Shown piece after piece: positions 1 to 14,300 of a stretch of DNA of 64,000 bases. The stretch's first letter is position 1. Each line of letters opens with the position of its first letter. The translations under genes and the position numbers were made by a program. The notes under the pieces are model-generated. The model was not told the DNA's origin, ran no database searches, and saw only the letters and a program-made list of their open reading frames with translations. The DNA comes from Phoronis australis (lineage: Eukaryota; Animalia; Phoronida). The DNA lies in assembly GCA_002633005.1 (NCBI GenBank), contig NMRA01000100.1:471428-535427 (forward strand), written 5' to 3'.

Positions 1-200
1 TTCCTCGACTTTCAAATCAGAACCAGCTCAGAATTACCATCACCACACTATAAGACGCATTAACCTCCCCTAAGATGCGTGTTTACCATTGAATTCCACA
101 AGCTGGCTATTTTAATATTGGTTAGTTATGGGATACTTTTGCGTATAACATCAAATCACCAGGTAAACAAAGTTGCATTCCATGTTAAATGAATGTAAAA

Positions 201-3200
201 TCAGCCATCAACGTTGGGTACTAGCCTGCTGATTCCAGGAAGTGTCACACCTCTCCTCTTGGCAACGATCACCATAAAGATTAAAAAAACGGCCAGACAT
301 GCACCGACAACAATACCAGCCACGGCTCCACAACTGAGTGTTTCTTGGTGAATGGGTTCTGGAAATACAAGTGAAATCCATAATTCTGAGTACCGACTGT
401 GTAATGCATATAAATCTATTACTTCCGGCTTCCTAAGCACGAGACAAGATTCACAGGTTTTCTAGTTCTCGGAATGATATGGACGTTGTAAGTCATCTGT
501 AAGGCAGTCACCAGGTGGCGAGACTGTCTCGCCCACACATGGAACGTAGAATTCTAGCCCTGGAATGCCAACTTCGATCTCGTGCTGGTTTGATTGTGCC
601 GCGCATGCGTGAGAGTTGCTCATGGGTGGCGCCCGTAGGGGGCTGGGGGGCTATAACATCACCACTTATTTCAGTGCTACGACACCCATGCTGTTTGCAT
701 TCGTTTGTTCAGGTGTTAGTTCCAACTTGCTATGAAATCTACTGTCACTAAAACTTTTTCGCAACTCCGCCGTTTTACAATCGAATTGTATAAGAGTCAT
801 ATCATTAGAGAGCCCTTCTACAGTTTGATGGTGTATCATTATACCAGCGGAAGACCATCAATAAATTTAATTCATAAATAATTATCATTTCGCATACCTG
901 ACAGGTTTAAGACAACTTTCTCAATTTAAAAAACCAAGAGTGTTATCAAAATGCTAAAACTAACAGAGTGTAATTGTAGCATAAAAATCAAATGAACATG
1001 AGAGGTTATGTAAATAATTAGTAACTAACCAGCATCGAAATTATTTCAATGATTCTGGTCAAAGATTTTAGAAAATGGACACCTCACAAATGCTGCGAAG
1101 AATTTAGTCAGGCATTCTTCCAAAATAATACATCTTTATGTATTAATTGGACATTTGGTGCCGTTTCATACAATCTTTACTAAAAAGTTAGGACATCCAC
1201 AAAAAATGTAAAAATATATATACTCCAACTACTTTTTCGAATGTTTAGTGATGACGTGTCATGTCAGTAGCTGACGCAATTTGGACCCGGAAATTGGAAG
1301 ATAGAGACATTATGATAGATAAAAAGTAGCAATCATCCTTGTTTGCGTCTCCAGATATCTCTGTAATTAATTATGTGTTTCCCTATCGAAAAACAGACAT
1401 CCTTTTTGCGTTGACTGCGCGTGCATACGTGCTTGCAAAGATTGACTGTTGTTGTTTGGGCCAAAGGCTTTTGGTACAAAATAAATATGACTGGATCTAA
1501 GATAAAGTACTAGTGTTGGGTTAATAAATAAGTAACCTGTGACGTAATACCTGCAGTTATGAGACAACGGAATCACCAGTCCAACATTGTGCCACAAATG
1601 AAATTACTCATCTTTGATGTAGTTTTGTAACATTTCTATTACTATTTTATTCCCTGTTTTCGTAGTCTTATTTTTTAACAGCAGCTTTACATATTTAAGA
1701 TGACATTAAAAATACAGTGCCGTTTGGCGTTTTGTGAGTGCCCGTCGGTTCACTACAGAAAAACTCGTTTTTATGCTTGTGTAAGCCTTGGTGAAGTGTG
1801 ATTTCAACGACAGTTGTCATTTTACGTTTGGTGTACTACCCGCGGAGGCGAAGATTGTTGCTTTCTCTTCGCTGTCGTCGTTCTTGGCATTGTCTTCGTC
1901 GTTAACCCCTGTGCGACCATGAAAGTTCATGTTTTACATACATGTATGCACTGCACACAACCTTCTCTTTGTTTTCTACAACACAGTAGCTCACTTACCG
2001 CTATTTTCAGTAGTGTTCAGTAATGACGTGGAAACTGGCGAGTCTGTCGGATTTAGGTGATCTAACATGAAATAGAAAATGGCAAATAAAACACCGACTG
2101 TTGGCCAAATTGCAGATAAGGTTGAGATACGTAAACCGTTTTCCAACAACAGTGAACTCGTTTAATCAACCGAAGACATTGATGTGCGACAGTTTGTCAT
2201 TGTAAGTGAGACGCTTACTGTTGTGAAGCGTCAAAGTACGTGGCAGTAGTAACAACAAAAACAGACATTTAAACAAAGATATCAATTTGTTTGGATGTAA
2301 ATTTCTGTCGTTGGCAGTTGCTGACTATCGTGCATAGCAAGATTACTACTGCGGTTGCTATCATTGAATATTGGCATCAAGATACGAAGCACGTCACCTG
2401 TTGCGTTTACGGTCACTTTCTTAGATCCACTGTAATCTACGCCGCGGACAATATTGCTAGCTATGCACTCGTATTCAGCAGAAGGCTCTACTGCTTTTTC
2501 AAGCAGCAGATTTCCGGGTATGACGTCACCGCTGCTCACTGTACGCCATCTGTACGAATGAGGTAGAGGATTTGGAACGTCGAGAGACGAAGGGTTGACG
2601 AGGCATATCAGCCGAAATTGGTCACCGAAGGAGTATTCAAAAGAAGAGCTGCATTCAGCCGTATAAAGCCGGCATACTTGGACATTGCTGTCTATAACAG
2701 GCTTAGGTTCTGAAAATAGTAAAAAGGATTCCCATGTCTTTTCGTTTAAGGGGATTCTGAGCCGTATAGGTTCTCATGTTTTCTAGGTTGCTCATGAGAA
2801 ATGCAATTTTGCTTTGTTTTTTACCAACTCCTCTATACTGTTTCAGAAGACCCGTCACTAATCTTAGTGTAATCATTCTGGCTCCAAATGGAATATGTTT
2901 GGAAAAAGTAAAAAAAACGTCAATGTCAATTTATTTCCCGTTAAGTTATTAGATCTCCGAAAACAAATACATGCAACTTAAAAGTGAGTTAACAATAATG
3001 GAACACCTAAACAAATGTCAAGAAGTCAATATGATTTCAAATGTATACGGGTATATTCGTGAACAGGACATAAATACATGTAATTGTATTCAACCTTCGC
3101 AAAAGAACAATTATAATATTTTTCAAAATTTGCATGTCTCAGGTTTTGTATGTCATTATCAATTAATTACACCACCTTTCAGCAACTGTGATTAACACAG

Positions 3201-6200
3201 CGAATTGTAATTTGAGAAAAATCAACGACAAACAATGACGACTCACTATAAAAACTTGGGAAGATGGCAAACGGAACGAATCATTCTACTAACTATCTTT
3301 ACGGCGAATATAAATATGTACTCTCCCAATGATTGATGTGAGATCAGTGGAGCTGTGCTCAAGGAAACACACCGTGTACATAATGTGAACGTGGCCAATC
3401 TTGTTAGAGAGGTTTCTTGGTATGTTAACTCACCAGTCACAATAATTGTCTTTGTCTCTACAAATGAAAAACCCTGCCTGTTGGATATCTGACACCTGAA
3501 CTGTACGCCGTCATCGTTAGCATCCAGATAGACTGTGAGTGTACTGGTGCCGTTAGTCGTTCCATTACCATTGCTGGTGGTAGCTGTAGTCACATTCTCA
3601 GTTATGTTGGTGTACGGAGCAGCGTTACCAATGCGTCGTGACCACACCATAGATGCCTCTGGTTTGCCCAAGTTGGCTCTGCACGTGAGGACAGTTGCTC
3701 CTGCTCCACCGATCACAGGCTGTGTGGGGGCTCCAGATATTGATGGTGTACCTGGGATAACTAGGCAAACAAAAACATGACTTGTTATACCTGTAAGTTA
3801 AATTTCAAAAATTGACCGATAGGTGGTGTTTCAAAGGATACCGAATTCTTCATGTGTCTAAGAATTACCCATTATTAGAGTTGCGAGGCTTGATTAAGTG
3901 CGCACTTGTCTGGTTGTAAAAGAAGTAAAAATCTTGCGTAACCAAAATTCCGTGTAGGTTTTTCAGCATGAAAAATAAATCAACACAGATGGATCGTCGA
4001 TTTTTAAAAATCGGTGAACTGTTAACCGGAATCGTAACAACATTAAACAGCATGTTTTCACATTCTCATCGGTGCATGCTACAGTCAAGCTCAGTAGACA
4101 GAGCAAACATGTCCGGATATTCAGAAAGTTTCTGAATAATGGATAGTAGGCTCAGGAAATCAGGAGTGTAGACCACGATAGACAACATCTTAACAGTATG
4201 ATGAAAGTTCGTCCGGAATATTCATGCATGCTCAAAGACTTCAAGAGTCAATTCAGCATTACAACAACCTGAGCTGTGACTCAGCAAGATCGAGAGGTCA
4301 CGATGCCACGGATGAAAGGTTTTTATGCTCAGACATGGTGATCCATTAACAACGTAGGACGAAATGCTCTACTAAATGATCTAACATTCCGTTGTTCCTC
4401 ACGAATGTGTCTCCAATATCTATTGATGACAATATGCAGAAGCATTACGAGGATTACCCCTCAAAGAGTGTAGTCGCGTCTGACTACAGGGATGAAATGC
4501 AGAGTATAACTCGAGAGGTCGTTTGTACAACGCACTTAATATTCGGTGCAGCGTTCACAAGTAATAGAGTTACAGGGTACGAAAAGTAGCCGAACAAGCG
4601 TTGGAAAGTGATGCTGAACAAGCATTGAAAAATGATACTGAACAAGCGTTGAAAAGTGACACTGAACGAGCGTTGGAAAGTGACACCTAACGAGCGTTGG
4701 AAAGTGATACCGAACGAGCGTTGAAAGTGATACCGAACAAGCGTTGAAAAGTGATACCGAACGCGCGTTGAAAAGTGATACCGAACGAGCGTTGAAAAGT
4801 GATACCGAACGAGCGTTGAAAAGTGACAACGAACAAGCGTTGAAAGTGATACCGAACGCGCGTTGAAAAGTGATACCGAACGCGCGTTGAAAAGTGATAC
4901 CGATCTAGAGTTTATATCAGTGTGGCCAACAGGCTGTGCTAAATCTAAATATTCCACCATCCGATAAAAACACATGATTCGCTCTACGGCTCCTGTCAAC
5001 GAATGCAGCTAAACTTGAGAAGAACCCGTCACCAAAAGCTGCGTAACAATGCAAGGGCTAATACGTAGCAATAGCCGGCCGGTCAAGCTACATTTATGCA
5101 AATGCCACATGTAACAACTGGAATAAAGTGACCGGCGTACTGAAAGAAATCAAATCACAGCGGTGAAGGATGTACAGCCAGCTACAAGGAAATAAACAAC
5201 GTTATGAGTAAATGGAAGAAAATAATACAGCAAGCAATGACAATGATTATGCCTGGAATCAACGACGAGAATGAATGGAGGTGACAACTTTCTGGTCGTC
5301 AATCAAAAACAAGAAATCCATGATGTTCACATGAAGGAGTAACAAGGCAAACATATAACTCCCCGAGGACATTCTGAATGCTAAGGAGACTAAGGACACG
5401 TATGGTAGGCTGTTTGCCATATCAAACCGACGATTCGACCTGCACCATAATATTGACCGCTATGCATTCACCCTAGCACAAGAGGTATCTTTTGCTGTCC
5501 TTCGGGCAATGGAAGCTGTACGAGAAGTTTTGCTTCCAGAAAACATGGACACTATATCGACTGCGTGCGTTCACTACAGCCACAAACATGCACTTGTGGG
5601 CGACATGTGAGTCTTCCCAAAAACTGACGAAGACGTCATCAACTGTTGTGACGGTCAACAACCTCCGAGAATATGTAACAACAGAGATATCCGGAATGGA
5701 AATCACCTTTAGATGATATTGTCTGATACTTACAAAGATAACTCTCTAAAACATGTCATAGGGGGAAAAAGGGAAACAAAAATAATGTGCAGTCCAGTAC
5801 CAGATAGAGATGAGACCAACATGCCAATAAACCGTTTCCGTTCTCATGATCAAACAGAGGCTCAGCTCGAATATAACAATCATTCGAAGATTCTACAAAA
5901 AAAATACTTCGGCAGCAAGAAGTGCCGAAAACACCATAAGTCACCTGCGCTTTGAAGACAACAGCCATAAAGAAGCAGATTAATCTCCAAAGCAAACGCG
6001 CCCCGGTTTGGGACAACTCAAAATCAAACGCGTAAGAAAGGAAGACAGTGAAGTCACGTTTGCGTTAAAGATAATTCACGAACACGCGTTTATACTAAAT
6101 GTACTACCAACAATGGTGCTTTTGATTATCTTCAGTATTGAGTTTAAGTTGCTATCCATGTGAATGATGCAATTAAAACATTCTATTAAGTGATCTTAGG

Positions 6201-9200
6201 CAACAACGAAAAGTCAGGTCTGTCGAAGTCAATAAATCATCCCAAATTTGACTAAGTGACAGTATGGGAGCAATGACACAACAGTAAGTGACTTAAATAT
6301 TGGGTAAAGTTCCTTTTTGGAACCAAAAGAACCGTACCTTGATGTGGACAACCGTTTCGTTCATATCTAATGGACTTGATTCACCTGCGGTTGCGCTCTC
6401 TATCGTTGTAGAATAAAACAATAAAAACAGTACCTACAGAGGGCGTACCCGATTATTTTGGTTCCAAAAGTATCTTTACTCAATACTTTTATCATTTAAA
6501 TGGAGTCCAGTAATATACATAGGAAGTTACTTATTCAATCGTTTTAATTGCCATGGAGGGCGGGTTTATAACGACTTTGATATTTATCCAAAAATTATTT
6601 GAAAGCTTATGTTTTCGCAACTTATCAAACAGCTGAGGAGAGAAACCACTCCAAAAATCAGCAGCATATGACTCAGCAAAAAAGCCAAGAATTGTAATTC
6701 TTGTTAAAACAACTTCGCTCGCCGTTTGCAATTCTGCTTGCAGCGAAACGGTATGCACTTAGAATACATTTCAAAGGCAATAAAACAGTTAAAACGGTAT
6801 TGACTAAACATTATTTTTTGTAACTTGGTTGAAAGAACATCTACTCAGAGTAATTTAGCTTTGTTGATTTGGTAGTGATATCTTTAGAAATATTATTAAA
6901 TGAGGTTAATATTTCAGGACACCCAGTGCTAGATATTCAACCAGGCCCCAAGGAAGACAAAAGTTATAGGGGTGCACAAACTAATTCGACTTTGCCAAAC
7001 CGCCTCCTTCCTATAGCCACCACTCCCGGTTCTCTGAATGCCGCCATTTTTGTACCGAACCCCGCACGTCCGCCATAGGTGGGGGAAATCCCGAGGATGT
7101 AGCCATCAGGATTTGAGTAACTGAGTTTAATTTTATTTATTTAATTACTTAAAACTTTTTTTTCGATTTAAGGTTTTTGTATTTTAACCCGCTAATTCAG
7201 TTCCTAAGTCAATAAACAATTTATTGTCATTTGAATTGTGAGAACATTTTGGTGCACTTTGTAGAGCTGTCCGACATTATGAGTATTTTTGAGACTTATT
7301 TCAGAAAGACAAAAATCGTTAAGTGTACTTTGCTGTATTGGGATCTGATGACAGATCGAATTTTCCCAGTGTCAGCCTGCAACTAAGTTCATCGAAGCAT
7401 CGCCATTTCTTACAAGATAACTTCTAATTGTCAAAAATCATCTACCAATCAGTCTATTTTCGTAAATCCATAAATATGTAAATCAGAAACCAACAACCGA
7501 TTCCATGGGCAATGCGTTTACTCTGATTTAATTACTTAACTCCTTTTGATCCCCTGTTTCTGAGTTTAAACCACAAATCCTCTACCTAAGTCAAGAAGCA
7601 ATTCATTTATTGTCATTTGAATTGTGAGTATGTTTTTAGGAATTGTCCAAATTTCATGAATGTCTTTGAGAGTTATTTTAGACAGACAAAAATTGTCTAT
7701 GTGCACTTTACTATTTAGGGATCGGATTACAGAGTTTTTCCAAATTCAGGCTGCAACTAAGTTGACTGAAACATCGTCATTTCTGACAAGATTAGCTTTT
7801 AATTGCCAAAAATCATCTCTGAATCTGTCGAATTTCGTAGACACATACACTGTAAACATGTGAATTAGAAACCAATGAATTTGTTTATCAAAACAGAATG
7901 TTATAAGCAATTTCCGCAGGCATGATCGCAGATTTTTGACGGGCAGCCAGAGGAACATGAGAGATAGGGCATTCTTATTGAGGTGTATTTTTGTTCATTT
8001 CAGAGGTACCTATAACGTAGGAACCAGTTCCTAGCTATAACGGAGAACGAGTAAAACTTGAACTAGAAAAGCTAAAATGTTTGTATATAGTTCCGAGTAC
8101 TTTGAGTACCCCGTTGGCCATGTACAGGGTCACCACAAATCGTAACCCCGAGTCTTTTCGAAATTTGCGATTTCCTTACAAACAACTTCAACGATCTCCA
8201 ACAGAATTAGTATCCTTGTGATACTATGGGGAAAATAACATGATTTTATAACTAATTATCGGAAATAGTCTTTTTGTGTAATTCACTAATAGTGGTTTTC
8301 ACGTTCTTCAGAATTCCACTTTTTGGATTGCGGTCAATCCTATTGTATTTTCTACATTTTTGGTTATTTGGGTCAAATGTCTTGATACTGATGTGCTGTC
8401 AACGAATTATTTTGTGTTTTCGATGAATTTGGAATCTCAAGTTCTCCTCATGAATACTTGGCAGTGTCGAATTTACATGTATAGAGGGACAAAGAGACAA
8501 TTCCCTCGAACCGCCCCACCGAGAGAGGATCCCGTTTGAAATGGGACACATTAAATGAAAGCATAAACACCATTTAGCTTGAAAAAAGTGACGGTTCACT
8601 CGATCGTCGTGTGACCCTGCAAGAAGTGACCTTCCTCAACACGAAAGCCGGTTGTACGATTTCAAAAATACAGGAAAATAACGGTAATCGATTCCAACGT
8701 TGAGCCCTCTCTCCGTTAACGCCCCCTTAAGAATTTGTCAATGAAAACACGAAAAGGGTGGCCGCTTGAATGTCATCAATGACCCTATTCAAGGGCTGGA
8801 CCCCTAAATATTAAAAGATCAAAATCTTCAAACATCAGAAAATGCGCAGCAATTGATGATATCTGTCAGGCCGTCAATTTTTTTCATGTGATAAACAATT
8901 TAGAGAAAAAACGAAAAAGTGGAGCAATAATTGTCTTCGTTTTCTCTCGCTAGAGTAGGGACTCTGGAACAATATAGATTTGCATTTGCAAAGATGTCTC
9001 ATGGAACTTAAAAAATCCAGTGAAATTTCAGTTGATCCATTCTTGTTGTTTTATTTACCGATTTATATCATAAATGAGGTGACATGAATGGAAGAAAGTT
9101 TACATCCGAAAATTTCAAATTTCAGTTGATCCATTCTTGTTGTTTTATTTACCGATTTATACTCGACATTTCTCGAAATTTCGAGACACATGTATGAATA

Positions 9201-10809
9201 ATAAAGTGCACGTTTTCAAGTGCGTTTAGACGAGCTACATGTATGCTGCAAACACGGATACCCTAACAACAATGTCCTGGGCGGGGCTTTCATGCATTGA
9301 TACCGAGTTGACACTGGAAACGTTCTCTTATCCGTATTCGCAGTCTTCCATTTTTCCACTGCCCCCGGTCCCACGCCTATGTCGGTTGCACGGTTTAACC
9401 GTGACGTCTGCAAATTTTTGTGAGACACGTGCCCACTTCCCTCTTCGCTTCCTACGGCCCGGTGTTTTGGTGGATTCACACGAAGCTCGTCTTATCACCT
9501 GGGCCCGGCAATACGCTGGAGAACAATACTCGCATCACACTACTGCATGTCACATTTCTACTGTTGCTGCTTTTGACGTCATCCATTACATGTCGAAGTC
9601 ATTATCCCTCGTAATCTAGAGCCCGAATTGATTTTGGAGAATCATCGCCCGGTAATGCTTTGTTCCTATAAGACTTTTCCATTATAAGTCATCAAGTGAA
9701 TACGGTAGTTCTAAGTAGACTCTCAGTTAGTAAGTACTTGTCTAAAAAGTTCGCCACGCTTTTGTATTGAACAGACTGTAAGAAATTTTCAAGCCTAGTC
9801 TAAGCGCGTGAGGGTAGGTGGCTTTAAAAGAGCATTATCTGATATCTATACCTATTGCCTATGCCTATACCTGTATATAGATATACATATATAAGAACCC
9901 TAAACTAATCAAACAGAAAAAAATGTAAATCCTGAATAGGATTCAGTATGCAAATACTCACAGTCTACAATGAGTCGAGTAACAGCTGGTCTAACAGCAA
10001 CCTGGTTGTTTTTGGTCATCTGCACGGTATAGTTGCCCTCATCACCGGGTGAAACGTGTAATAAAGTGATGGTGAACCGAGTCTTTCCAACATAGTAGTC
10101 AGTATTACCACGGGATTGGTAGGCTCCTGAAAATGACCCATTGGGTAGAAAACTGCCTTGAATGAAGGCAGGTGCAGTAAACACATCTTGAAGATCCTTC
10201 CTTAGAGTAACGCTGTTGAAGGTATCTCCGCTTTCCAAGGAGTATTCAATTGAGAATACAGCACGTTCGCCGTTCACACATATTATTTCACCAGGCACGT
10301 TTACCGTAAGGGCTGATATCGAGAGGTCTGGAAGATAAAACAAATGTATTAGTCGTGTTGAGGCAAAAGAACTATAGGAACAAAAGACGAAAATGAGTTG
10401 TCTTCAAGGCTACAGCAATTTGGCAACGGCCTCATACTCCCTGTCACGTGCAGTCACGTGTCATGTCAACCTCACAGAATAACTGGATCAAAATATAATC
10501 AAAAATGAAGTTGTATGGAAGCAGCAAGTGCAGTATCTGAAGTTATTGCGCATAACCACGGAAAATCTGTAAAAACACTTTTATCAGGAAGAGGGTTATC
10601 TCTTCCTGCTTATTCTAAGTTGAAACATCCATGTCATGAGCACCTTATCATCATATCCTATGTTATTCAAACGCGACGGACTCACTGCCAGTCGCATTAA
10701 TAAATTTGCTACCCTGTATGCAAATAGGTCATATACTGATAAACATATAGGACTACTCACATTTGAAAGTCAACGCCATAAAGACTAACGTCAGTGTTGC
10801 ATGTGTCAT
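201..10809 (-). CDS. Type-I membrane immunoglobulin-superfamily protein (signal, IgV-like, 2x IgC2-like, S/T stalk, TM, short tail), about 424 aa; exons 10809-10761, 10327-9962, 3760-3434, 2709-2398, 2061-1999, 358-201
   Basis: All introns GT-AG and phase 1; joined frame is open. Signal MTHATLTLVFMALTFKYLSISA; D1 ...TITLLHVSPGDEGNYTV; D2 VLTCRANLGKPEASMVW...DDGVQFRCQ; D3 RLICLV...YRW...EYECIASN; stalk DHLNPTDSPVSTSLLNTTENS; TM LSCGAVAGIVVGACLAVFLIFMVIVA-KRR. The last exon may instead splice on (possible donor AG|GTGTGA near 250) to exons beyond the window start. Confidence 0.8.
3900..6050 (+). mobile_element. Highly degenerate DNA-transposon coding remnant, Academ (XPG/PIN-type)-like
   Basis: Frame-broken peptides KETKDTYGRLFAIS (~5384), YIDCVR (~5553), SDTYKDNSLKHVIGGKR (~5722), FMLRHGDPL (~4322) occur in the order recalled for Academ-type ORFs (DRxLFGRLL, IDGM, VFDxYxxNSIK). 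Boundaries approximate; family from memory. Confidence 0.4.
4590..4905. repeat. Minisatellite, 23-24 bp unit (GTTGAAAAGTGATACCGAACGAGC), about 13 copies
   Basis: Directly visible head-to-tail copies; gives the NARSVSLF / STLVRYHF repeats in the ORF track. Confidence 0.95.
6296..6490. mobile_element. Small MITE-like element with imperfect ~35-bp terminal inverted repeats
   Basis: Left AATATTGGGTAAAGTTCCTTTTTGGAACCAAAA versus right TTTTGGTTCCAAAAGTATCTTTACTCAATACTT. Confidence 0.6.
7200..7880. repeat. Diverged tandem duplication, ~380-bp period
   Basis: CCTAAGTCAA...TTTATTGTCATTTGAATTGTGAG...CTGCAACTAAGTT...AAAAATCATCT at ~7203-7490 and again at ~7585-7875. Confidence 0.8.
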
Positions 10810-11388
10810 TGCTAGTCTTTAGTCCGGCTGTCCTGTATGTGTTCGAATCAAGACAAATCGAGGCATTTAAGTTCCTTCTACAAAACTGTGTGACATTGTA
10901 CAAACACGCCTTCACAGTGTCATGTCCTTGTTCACGTAGGAATTCTACTCAACCAAGATAAGACCTAAAATATCCGTGTCCTACCGCTAAGTGCGATCTA
11001 CCTTGAAGCTCAGACAGACTATTCTGAGCTTAAAGCGTAGAGCTCAACATGACCGCCGGACCCAAAACATGACCGCCGGTCATCACCACAAAACGGGACC
11101 TACTGGACCAAACGGGACTGTCGTGGCAGAAAATGGTACCGAAGCACCTTAAAACATGATCGACCACCACAAAACGGGACTGTCGGTGACTGAACATGAC
11201 CGCCTGTCAAAATGTTATCAAGGCCTGTTTGTGATGTGATACTGGTTACAAGCTGTATACAGCTACAAGCTGTATGAAGGCTATCGTCAAAATACAGCTA
11301 GGTACCACTTAGTCTTGGCGCAAAGCTCTATACTAAATATAAAGCTTTGTGCCGATGCGGGTAAAAAAGTGGTGAGATAAAATCTGAC

Positions 11389-14300
11389 TTAAACTACGAT
11401 GTAAAATTAAAAGAGGTTAGAAAAGGTATTGAAAATTGGTCAATAAGAAATTCAACCACCTTTGGTAAGATAACGGTGGTCAAATCTTTTTCATTACCAA
11501 AACTGACCCACCTCTTTTACACACTTCCTTTTCCAAGTGCTACGTTTTTAAGGAGATTGAGAAAATATTTTTAATTATTTATTGGGTACCTCTTCTGATA
11601 GATTCTCTAGAAAAACCACGGTACAGAAATCTGAAGATGGAGGTGGGAATATGGTCCATATTGCGTCATTTGTCAAAGGTATTAGACTGACTTGGATTCG
11701 GAGATTCTTCAAAAATTATTATAACAATACTTCTCCTTGGCTAAATATTTTATGGGAAACTATTCCTAATATAAAAAATGCCTCTTTTCAGTTAGGTTCT
11801 TGTTTTTTCCTTGAAGTAGCTAACCGTGCTAAGAATATTTTTAGAAGGATATTTTTATATCTTATACGAATTTATCAATCTTTGTGAAATAGATATCCCT
11901 TTGTACCAACCTTTGTGGTATAACCCCAAAATTTGTATAGACAGTTTCACCAATTTTTTGGAACGAGTGGTATACATAAACGATTTAATTGAAACTGATA
12001 AAGGAGGAATTTATGATTATCATAGCTTTTGTACACGTTTTCAATTTTTATGAAATTCGAAGTCCAATACTTCATTCTTGGAATTATCTAAGAGACAAGA
12101 GTACTATAGTCACTCCATTTTTTCCAGAACATATTCTTCGAATCTCCTCGGAAAATAATGGGACTGGGAAAATCTATTACTCATTTCCAAATTGTATGTA
12201 AAACCTGTCGCGGAATTGAAGTGTGAGAGAGAAATTAATTTATGCGATGATACTCAATCTTGGAAAAAAATTCATTCTGTAATTTTCCATTGTACTTCCG
12301 ATGTCAGACTCAGATGGTTTCAATTCTGTATCAACCAAAAATTATTGGTACAAACTCTTATTTAAAGAAAATAGGTGTTAGTGAATCGTCTTTATGTTCT
12401 TTATGTGAGCAACACGAAGAAACAATTATATATTTGCATTGGGAATGTTCAACTGTTCAGAAGTTTTGGGGATGTTTAAAAACATGGATGATATATCAGT
12501 GCGATTTCCGTCTGCAGTTAAATATGTTTTCCGCCTTGTTTGGAGATCCAACCTGTAGATTAGAAGTTGTAAATTTAATTCTCTGCTTAAAGTCCTTGTC
12601 TCACGCGTTGTTAACCCTTATTACATGGTTAGAAGATGTTATAAGGATCCAAGAAGTACCTACCCCATAACAAATACACGATCCGTATTCGAAAACAGTT
12701 TAAATGAACGCGCCACTCACGATTCGCACCCGAAGAAACACCGCCATTTTGAACTTGCCGCGAACCCGGAAGTACAATTCATTCAGGAACCCAGGCCGAG
12801 AAAACGCCGTCAGTGCGACTGGAGCAGTGCCTGTACTGTTACCAGCCAGCAAACGGGGATANNNNNNNNNNNNNNNNNNNNNNNNNNNNNNNNNNNNNNN
12901 NNNNNNNNNNNNNNNNNNNNNNNNNNNNNNNNNNNNNNNNNNNNNNNNNNNNNNNNNNNNNNNNNNNNNNNNNNNNNNNNNNNNNNNNNNNNNNNNNNNN
13001 NNNNNNNNNNNNNNNNNNNNNNNNNNNNNNNNNNNNNNNNNNNNNNNNNNNNNNNNNNNNNNNNNNNNNNNNNNNNNNNNNNNNNNNNNNNNNNNNNNNN
13101 NNNNNNNNNNNNNNNNNNNNNNNNNNNNNNNNNNNNNNNNNNNNNNNNNNNNNNNNNNNNNNNNNNNNNNNNNNNNNNNNNNNNNNNNNNNNNNNNNNNN
13201 NNNNNNNNNNNNNNNNNNNNNNNNNNNNNNNNNNNNNNNNNNNNNNNNNNNNNNNNNNNNNNNNNNNNNNNNNNNNNNNNNNNNNNNNNNNNNNNNNNNN
13301 NNNNNNNNNNNNNNNNNNNNNNNNNNNNNNNNNNNNNNNNNNNNNNNNNNNNNNNNNNNNNNNNNNNNNNNNNNNNNNNNNNNNNNNNNNNNNNNNNNNN
13401 NNNNNNNNNNNNNNNNNNNNNNNNNNNNNNNNNNNNNNNNNNNNNNNNNNNNNNNNNNNNNNNNNNNNNNNNNNNNNNNGTAAGGAACTAAACACCAATG
13501 CTATTTTAACATACTAAGTACGCGTAACATTCCAAAAAAATCAACGACCACTAACTACAAACTATAAATACACTACATATGCAAACGAATCACGATATAT
13601 TACTAATAAAACAAAATAATGAAGACTTTTCGAGAAAGCCATAGCACATTCAGTTACAAGGAAAAAATGGCGGCGTTCAGGACAAGTTCCTGAACTGATG
13701 AGCCGGAAATGTGGGTACGGAAATAACCGATGGCAACCGGTAATCATACGCTCAGAGAGAAGGGTCAAATACTGTTACAAAATCGCTTTTGGCAAGAAAG
13801 GCGAAAAGAATATAAAGAAAGGGTGTCGAAAATAAGAATTTATGTAGTAAGTATTTTCGGATACTGGAACCACATGGGCAGTTTGCAACAAGGACTTTAA
13901 CGAAAGTTCACTTACATAGGCAAAGACTGCAAAAGGCTAATCCCAATTTTCAGTTATTTTTACGTGAGGCATGGGATTACCACAATCTTGAAAAATTATT
14001 TACAATTATAAATTGGATCCTGAGAGATTCTAGCAAGGTGGTCTTCTTTTTTGCTTAACTAGCTTTTTTAGGGTTCGATAATGATCGTAATTTGTTTGAT
14101 GTACTTGACCAGATTTCATATTGCTGTACAACTATGTACTGGTTGGCTGAATTAATAAATGTTACATTCAAAAAAAAAATAAAATAAAATCTGACACAAA
14201 ATTATTGTCCTAAATTTAATTCTTTGCTTAACGAAAGTTCACTTATATAGGCAAAGACTGCAAAAGGATAAGCCCAACTTTCAGTCATTTTTACGTAATT

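Noticed and set aside
12625-13517. Long ORFs (219-288 aa) in the ORF track
   Set aside because: Artefacts of translating through the N gap.
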